Below are positions 57,300 to 64,000 of a DNA stretch of 64,000 nucleotides, piece by piece. The notes beneath the pieces were generated by a model. That model worked only from the letters and a program-made list of their open reading frames with translations, was not told the DNA's origin and searched no databases. Origin of the DNA: the human T2T-CHM13v2.0 reference genome, Homo sapiens; the NCBI RefSeq assembly GCF_009914755.1, contig NC_060929.1; one strand, written 5' to 3'. A program made the translations under genes and the position numbers. How positions within the stretch are numbered: position 1 is the stretch's first letter; each line of letters begins with the position of its first letter.

Positions 57300-59610
57300 T
57301 TTATTCAGTTCCATCATTTGTTTATAATTATTGGTATGCTCTTACTGTAACTTTTTTCTATTTTAAATAATTTTTACCTTTTCTCTTATTGTTCTTTAGT
57401 TTTATGTGTTCTTAATTAAGAAGACCCCCACTGCCTTGTGATTGTAGACATAGTCTCCTACGTATTTTTCCAAGGCTTTTATTGTCCTTTTAAATTTAAA
57501 GTTTTAATGCTTATACCATTTAATTTTAAACATAGTAGGAGATGGAGGATCCACTATCATTTTCTTTCAATGCTATTTCAGGGGTGTTACCACTATCCTA
57601 TTCCCATACTAAATTAAACTATCACCTGTGAACCCCAAAAATTTGAGAAAGGTCTCAGCTAATTTACAAAGTTTATTTTGCCAAGGCTGAGGATGTGCCC
57701 ATGATACAGCCTCAGGAGGTCCTGACGACATGTGCCCAAAGTGGTCAGGGCATACAGCTTGGTTTTATACATTTTAGGAAGACACAAGACATCAATCAAC
57801 ATATGTAAGAACTACATAGGTTTGGTCTGGAAAGGCGGGACAACTTGAAGCAAAGAAAGGAAGACTCTAAGCAAAGCGTGGAGGGAACTTCCAGGTCACA
57901 GATAGGTGATACACAAACAGTTACATTCCTGTAAGTTTCTGATTTGCCTTTCCAAAGGAGGCAAATCAGATATGCATCTATCTCAGTGAGCAGAGGGGTG
58001 ACTTAACAGAATGGGAGGCAGGTTTGCCCTAAGCAGTTTCCAGCTTGAGTTTTCCTTAGTGATTTTGGGGGATATTTTCCTTTCATACACCCATCATATG
58101 GTTGGTTATCATATTTGTATCATGTATTTCCTTTCTCAAATATTCTGGGATATATTTGTGTCCACTGATTTATTTGCTTCCTCAACATAGTACAACCATA
58201 TTAAATTGGTTGCAGGCACTTTATAATATATTCTGTCATTGTTCTTCAGGTATTTGCAAGCATTTATGGTTACTCATAAATTTTAAGACCATCTTATACA
58301 ATTAAAAATTTATGCGGTATTCTAAATAGAATTGTATTAAATTTATGTTAATTTGGGGACAACTGACCTTTTTATAAGAAGTCTTTCCAGCTAAGAATAT
58401 TATTTTCTTTTCCATTTAATAAGATCTTGTTTTACGAGTTTCAAAAAAAAACTCATGTAAATTGCGTGTGCCTTTTTCCTGAACTCATTACTAAGTACTT
58501 TTCAGTATATATTTACTATAGTTAATTATTTCCACAATAAGTTTAGCTATATTTTAAGTATTGCCATAGTAGAAAAAGGTATTAATTTACTTTTCTTATC
58601 TCCATTATATTATCCAATTTACTGATAAATTGTATAAATCTTTATAAATGTATACATAGTTTATTTTTCTGTTTCAGGCATTTTATAGAAATGTAATTCA
58701 TCAGCAAAGATAGCATTTCATTCTAGTTTTTCCAGACTTATTGAATGTTTAAGAACTTTTAAGGCATGAATAATGTTTACAATAGATATATCAGTTATCA
58801 ATTCAATTCAAATAGCTTCATTTTTAACAAGACTATTAACTTAATGTCATATTTATATACCTTATGAATTTTACCTTTTCAGAATTTCAAATATTTAAGA
58901 AATGTAAAAAGTGATTAATTTTATTAAAACACCTGAGATCCACTATGAAATGTACTCCATGACTACTGTGATATAATTGCCTATATATATGGAATTAATT
59001 TTTAAAGCCTCTATATCATATCTTATTAGTGCTGTTTTGGACATTTTCTTTATACTGGAACTTGCATCTAGAGCTGCTGAATTTTGTCAAATACATTTTA
59101 CTATTTATTGAGATGATTTAGTGTGTTAATATAATGTATTAAATTATATATTTCCAGATATTAAACTTCCATTCCTTAAAAAAAATCCTGCTTTATAATA
59201 GTGTATTATTTTTTGACACATTCCTGAGCCATTTGTTAATATTTTGTCTATAGTTTCACAACTCCTTTTATAGTTATTAAAGCAATACTGGGTTCACAAA
59301 AAAAATGGACTGGAAAATAATCCATCTTTTCATATGTTACTGGATTAGTTCAAAAGCCATTAGAATTACTGTTCTTCAAATCAAAGTGAAACCAAAGATA
59401 AAACTCAGTGGGGAATCTATCAAGTCCTAATTATTGATCAATGGTAAATATCATCCTTCCTATTTAATTGTGGTAATTTATTTATGTTTCCTACTTCTTG
59501 TATAAATTTTGATTATTTATATTTATTTTCCTGAAAAATATTCTGCCTTCTTCTGATTTTCAATTTTGTTGAAACAGAATTGTATATAGTGTTCTAAGTC
59601 TTTGCAATTT
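57300..59610 (-). mobile_element. Highly decayed L1ME-like ORF2 sequence, interrupted by a MER4 LTR
   Basis: T-rich antisense L1 motifs (AATTGTATTAAATTTATG...TTTGGGGACAACTGAC...TCTTTCCA). Confidence 0.55.
57627..58087 (-). mobile_element. MER4A-like ERV1 solo LTR
   Basis: AAAGTTTATTTTGCCAAGG...CAGCCTCAGGAGGTCCTGACGACATGTGCCC; TSD CACC at 57623-57626 and 58088-58091. Confidence 0.9.
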
Positions 59611-59619
59611 TCTCTCTAA

Positions 59620-60283
59620 TTCTTGGGCACTCTTTGATGTCACTTGGTTGGCTCACTGGAACAATGGTCTGTGCGGGGATACCTAAAGTCCTGTAGGTGG
59701 CAGAAGCAAAGTGGTCAATATCCCTAAATGTCAAGGTTGGCACACTGTTAGTTTCCTGTTGAGACACAGAAAGTTTCTGTGCACTCTGATCCCCAAAACT
59801 CATCAAGCTCCACTCATCCATTCAAGTCCTTGGATACTTTGGGGATTAATGGGGATCTTAACCACTTACATGAGGTCAGTATTGATCTGATCACTGGATG
59901 TCACATATTCATCTTGTTCAAGCTCTCCCTAAGTTATCTAACTTCTGGTCCTCACCTCTAGATGCATATGTGATTCTCCAGATACCCCTCAATCCCATGA
60001 CAGAGAAAACTTCACACCAATTTTCTTAGTCCCTCCACCATAGTCTGCCAAAGCCTGAGGCTTTATGTATACCCATCAACCCCATCAACTCTCTGGCTCA
60101 GGAAGTATGAGAAGCCCAGAGGTGAAATAGACACAAGGGAGCTATTATCAGGTTACCACGCTTGCTGAATGGTCCCAATTTTATCATAGACATAATCACT
60201 GTTTATGTGCAGTGAGTTTACTCTGGGAGTTAGGATGAAGGTTGAGATTTAATCAGTTGAATGTAATAATTTAAAAAATAATA
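59620..60283 (-). pseudogene. Putative endogenous bornavirus-like nucleoprotein (EBLN-like) element, frameshifted and stop-ridden
   Basis: Translated blocks match the recalled BoDV-1 N sequence in order: IKPQALADYGGGTKKIG vs FNPHEAIDWINGQPWVG; IRSILTSC vs IKEYLAEC; IPKVSKDLNG*VELDEFWGSECTETF vs [40 protein letters not shown] vs LAPRSFPNLASAAF; GIPAQTIVP vs GYRASTIQP. By-eye alignment only. Confidence 0.68.
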
Positions 60284-60399
60284 GTAATTGAATGTAATAA
60301 CTTAAAAGGTAATAGTAAAATAAAAAGTAATAGTAATCTCCTCTATTAAAAAGTAATAGAGGAGACAATACCTTTGCATATGTTTCCAACTCTATCTAA

Positions 60400-60560
60400 T
60401 GTCAAAGTATTATACCATGGTTCAACTAGTCTTAAAATACCCATTCCTCATTTCTCTGATCTGTTAAATGGCAATAATGCTAGTTTACATATCATGGTAT
60501 TGTTGTGAAGATTAAATGAGTTAATCCATGTAAAACACTAAATAGCATTTATGGTGTGCT
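60400..60560 (+). mobile_element. MIR in the spacer of the inverted repeat
   Basis: CCTCATTTCTCTGATCTGTTAAATGG...TTGTTGTGAAGATTAAATGAGTTAATCCATGTAAAACAC. Confidence 0.75.
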
Positions 60561-60649
60561 CAAACATGTATCAAATATTTTGAGCACCTACTAAGTGCCA
60601 GGCATTTAAAGAACAAACAGGACAAAGTCTGTATTCTCAAGAAGCTTTC

Positions 60650-60965
60650 CCCAATACCAGCAATCAGATAAAGATGTCTGTTCTTGCTATTTCTTTCCAG
60701 CATTATGCTGGAGGCTCTAGTCACTAAAGTAAAGCAAGAGAAAAAAAATTAAAGGCATCCAGATTAGAAAAACAGTAACTTTTTATCTGTAGACAACATG
60801 ATTAGGTATAATAATCCTATTTAACCTATAAAATGTGCTACCCGACTTAATAAGTTAATATAGATACCAAGATTAATATAGAAAAATTCGTGTTTTTATA
60901 GTAGAAATGAACAATTTAAAGTTGAAATTAAAATATTATTTTGTTCACATAAAAATAAACACTTA
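60650..60965 (+). mobile_element. Old L1 RT-region fragment
   Basis: CAGCATTATGCTGGAGGCTCTAG...AAGCAAGAGAAAAAAAATTAAAGGCATCCAGATT...GTAGACAACATGATT. Confidence 0.7.
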
Positions 60966-61135
60966 TGTATTATATTAGTCAGAATTCTCAAGATAAACAG
61001 AAGTATATATTCAGAATATATATATCATATTATATATATGGGCAAACTATATATATGTGCATATACATATACATACACACACAGTTACATGTATATGTGT
61101 ATATATATGCAGTTTTACATATACATGTAAGCATT
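60966..61135 (-). mobile_element. MLT2-like LTR end running into a (TA)n tract
   Basis: ATTAGTCAGAATTCTCAAGATAAACAGAA resembles the reverse-complement MLT2 terminus; TA/CA tract follows. Confidence 0.5.
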
Positions 61136-61145
61136 TTCTCTTTTT

Positions 61146-61560
61146 TATTACTTTTTAAATTACTGCATTCAACTGATAAAATCTCTACCTTCATCCTAAC
61201 TCCCAGAGTAAACTCACTGCATATAAACAGTGATTATGTCTACAATAACATTGGGACCATTCAGCAAGCATGGAAACCTGGTAATAGCTCTCTTGTGTCT
61301 ATTTCAACTCTAGGCTTTTCATACTTCCTGAGCCAAAGAGTTGATGGTGTTGATGGGTATACATAAAGCCTCAGGCTTTGGCAGAGTATGGTGGAGGGAC
61401 TAAGAAAAGTGGTGTGAAGCTTTCTCTGTTGTGAAACTGAGGGATATCTGGAGAACAGCATAGGCATCTGGAGTTGAGAACCAGAAAATAGATAACCTAG
61501 GGAGAGCCTGAACAAGATGAGTATGTGACCTCCAGTGATCAGATCAATACTGACCTCATG
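61146..61560 (+). pseudogene. Inverted partial duplicate of the EBLN-like element (partner 59869-60283)
   Basis: Its reverse complement aligns gaplessly to 59869-60283 over 415 bp with 40 mismatches (manual count); the duplication itself is unambiguous, the EBLN identity is inferred. Confidence 0.7.
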
Positions 61561-61569
61561 CATATACAC

Positions 61570-61869
61570 ATAGTTGGCCCTTAGTATCAGTGGGTTCCAT
61601 ATCACAGATCAATAATATACAGAAAAAAATTAAATAATGTGTCTGTACTCAACATACAGACTTTTTTCTTGTCATTATTTCCTAAACAATACAACTACTT
61701 ACATAGCATTTATATTGCATAAGGTATTATGAGTAATCAAGTATATGAGAGAGTGTATGTAGGTTATGTGCAAATACTACACCATTTTACGTAATGGACT
61801 TGACCATCCACAGATTTTGGTATCTGCAAGGAATGTGGAACCAATCCCCCAGGGATTCAAAAGACACTG
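61570..61869. mobile_element. MER2 (Tigger-derived) element
   Basis: AGTTGGCCCT...GTGGGTTCC...GTAGGTTATGTGCAAATACTACACCATTTTA...GGAACCAATCCCCC. Confidence 0.85.
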
Positions 61870-62830
61870 GTAAAAGAGGGAAACATCCCAGCACAGTCTA
61901 GAACAAAATATTTGCGAATTATGTATCTCATAAAAACTTTTATTCAGAGTATATAAAGAACTCTCAAAATTCAACAAGAAAACAAACAACTTCATTACAA
62001 AATTGGTCAAAGATCTCAACAGAATTCCACCAAAAACACATGGATGGTAAATATTATATGTAAAGATACTTAAAATCTTTTGTCATTACAGAAATGACAA
62101 TTAAAACTACACTGAGATACCACTGCAGACATATTAGATTCGCTGAAATTAAAAAGACTGACTATATCAAGTGTTGGTAAGGGTTTGGAGCAGTTGGAAC
62201 TCTCACATACTACTGATAGGAATGTAAAATGTGTCAACAGAGTAGAAGTAGTTTGATGGTTTCTGGAAAAGCAAAATATACACCCGACATATAATCTCGA
62301 CATTCCAATCCAACCCAACAGCACTGAAAGCATATTCATACAAAGAAAAGTACACAAATGATCACAGCAGCTTTTGTTTGTAACAGCCAAAAACCAGATA
62401 CAACTCATTTTCCATTACCAGATGAAAATAAACTGTGATACAGGCATACAATGGAATACTACTTAGCAAAATAAAGGAATTAACTCCTAGTAGTTGCAAA
62501 ACTGCATGAAATTCAAAATAACTATGCAGAGTAAAAGAACCTAGAAGAAATTACATACTGTATTATTCCATTGTTTATAAAATTATAGAAAATGCAAAGC
62601 TATCGCTAAAGGAAATAGATCCATGGTTACCTGAGGAAAGCGGGTCTGGAAGGAGAAAGGATTATAAAGGTGCACAAAGAAATGTTAGGAGACAATGCTT
62701 ATGGCATGTGTCTATTATCTTTAACAGTGATGTTTCCATATATATACATGAAAATTTTCTCAAACTGTCTACCTTAAATATGTTCAATTTATTGTGTGTT
62801 AATTATACCTCAGTAAAGTTGTTTTAAAAT
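61870..62830 (+). mobile_element. L1MC/ME 3' region
   Basis: AAAGAACTCTCAAAATTCAAC...GGAACTCTCACATAC...CAATGGAATACTACTTAGCA...AATTATACCTCAGTAAAGTTG. Confidence 0.8.
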
Positions 62831-63795
62831 TCCTAAGGTTTTTTATTGGTCTGTAAAGTTACACAAGATGAGTAATTTGGTGTCCTCAAGTTAGGTTGTC
62901 CACATGAACCGGACACCTCTCATCACATTCTCGGCTACGTATTCATGAACTGTCAAATGGAGGTATGTCACAGATGACCATATATTTTGTTAAATCCTAA
63001 AATTTTTTTCTGAAATACATTATAAACTACAGGGTAAAACAAGATATATAAAAATATTAAGGCATACATAATACATAAATGTTATATGTGAAATAAACAT
63101 TACAGCATGCATAATACATACAAATATGAAACAACTGGCTTGCCTACCTTTGCATTGATTGTAGGTATGTACTGAATGTGATAGCAATTATAATGTTCTT
63201 GTTCATGTGTACCTTTAAGTAGGCCAAATTAACAAAGAGCATTCATTAATACTCATTACAATCATATTTAACAATATCCTTAAGAATTAAAAGCCCTAAT
63301 CCTGTCACTAATTGATTAAAGCAGTATATGTGAATTTGATTAATAAGCTCTGTGTGTTCATTAAGCTATCTACTTGTATGCGGATTCATCTACCAAAAAC
63401 TCATTGCAATTCAGCAACATCATTAACGCATATGGACATTCTGAAAATGATGGTGGTGTTAATATCATGGCCATCAGCATGAGCACATTAAAGAGTTTTC
63501 CCCCCAGGCTTTAGTGAATTAGGTTTTGTTTTGACAAAATGAAAAAGTATTTAATATGATCTGATTATGATTTACAGCCATAGTGCTGAAATAACAGGAA
63601 AACTTTATATTCTCCAACTGAGGAATATTTGAATAAATTTCATACTGTAGGATATAATGCAGATATTAAAAAGATTTTATGTATATAAATATGAAAAATA
63701 TTAAAGTATCCTGTTGAGTGAAAAATGAAATTAGAGAAAAATCCTATTTTAAAAGAAGAACAAAAATCATTCTATAATATATACATAAGCATTCT

Positions 63796-63797
63796 TT

Positions 63798-63830
<33 letters not shown>

Positions 63831-64000
63831 AGACAGCATTTCACAATTTTGCCCAGGCTGGAGTGAAGTGGTATGATCTCAGCTCACTGCCATCTCCGAC
63901 CTCCACCACCCCGGATTCAAGGGATTCTCCTCCCTCAGCCTACCAAGTAGCTGGGATTATAGGATCCCACCACCAGGCCTGGCTAATTTTTGTATTTTTA
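63796..64000 (-). mobile_element. Alu, cut by the window edge
   Basis: Long poly-T followed by GAGACAG...GCCCAGGCTGGAGTG. Confidence 0.93.

Noticed and set aside
59985-60050. QTMVEGLRKL and GIEGY resembling mononegavirus L polymerase motif B
   Set aside because: These are isolated matches with no downstream GDNQ motif; the collinear nucleoprotein alignment explains the region far better.
61261-61605. 114-aa minus-strand ORF as a novel protein
   Set aside because: It is antisense to the EBLN-like frame, starts inside MER2, and the same frame has several stops in the partner arm.

Overview
Primate (most likely human) AT-rich genomic DNA with no prokaryotic features; most of it is interspersed repeat (L1, Alu, L2, MIR, MaLR/ERV LTRs, Tigger/hAT). 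Two candidate exons on the + strand (6620-6677 and a terminal exon from 13554) look like the 3' end of a protein-coding gene I cannot name, and the rest appears intergenic. The best candidate discovery is at about 59620-60283 on the - strand: a decayed, frameshifted reading frame that aligns by eye, collinearly over about 200 aa, to bornavirus nucleoprotein (an EBLN-like endogenous viral element). A 415 bp part of it is re-copied in inverted orientation at 61146-61560 (gapless, about 90% identical), so a read-through transcript could fold into a long virus-derived dsRNA hairpin. Two more local duplications of about 90% identity (12095/13109 and 46906/54146) also have one copy beside a TA-rich tract, suggesting templated repair. 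The long ORFs in the supplied track are repeat artefacts. Repeat subfamily names and the viral reference sequence are recalled from memory, not from searches.
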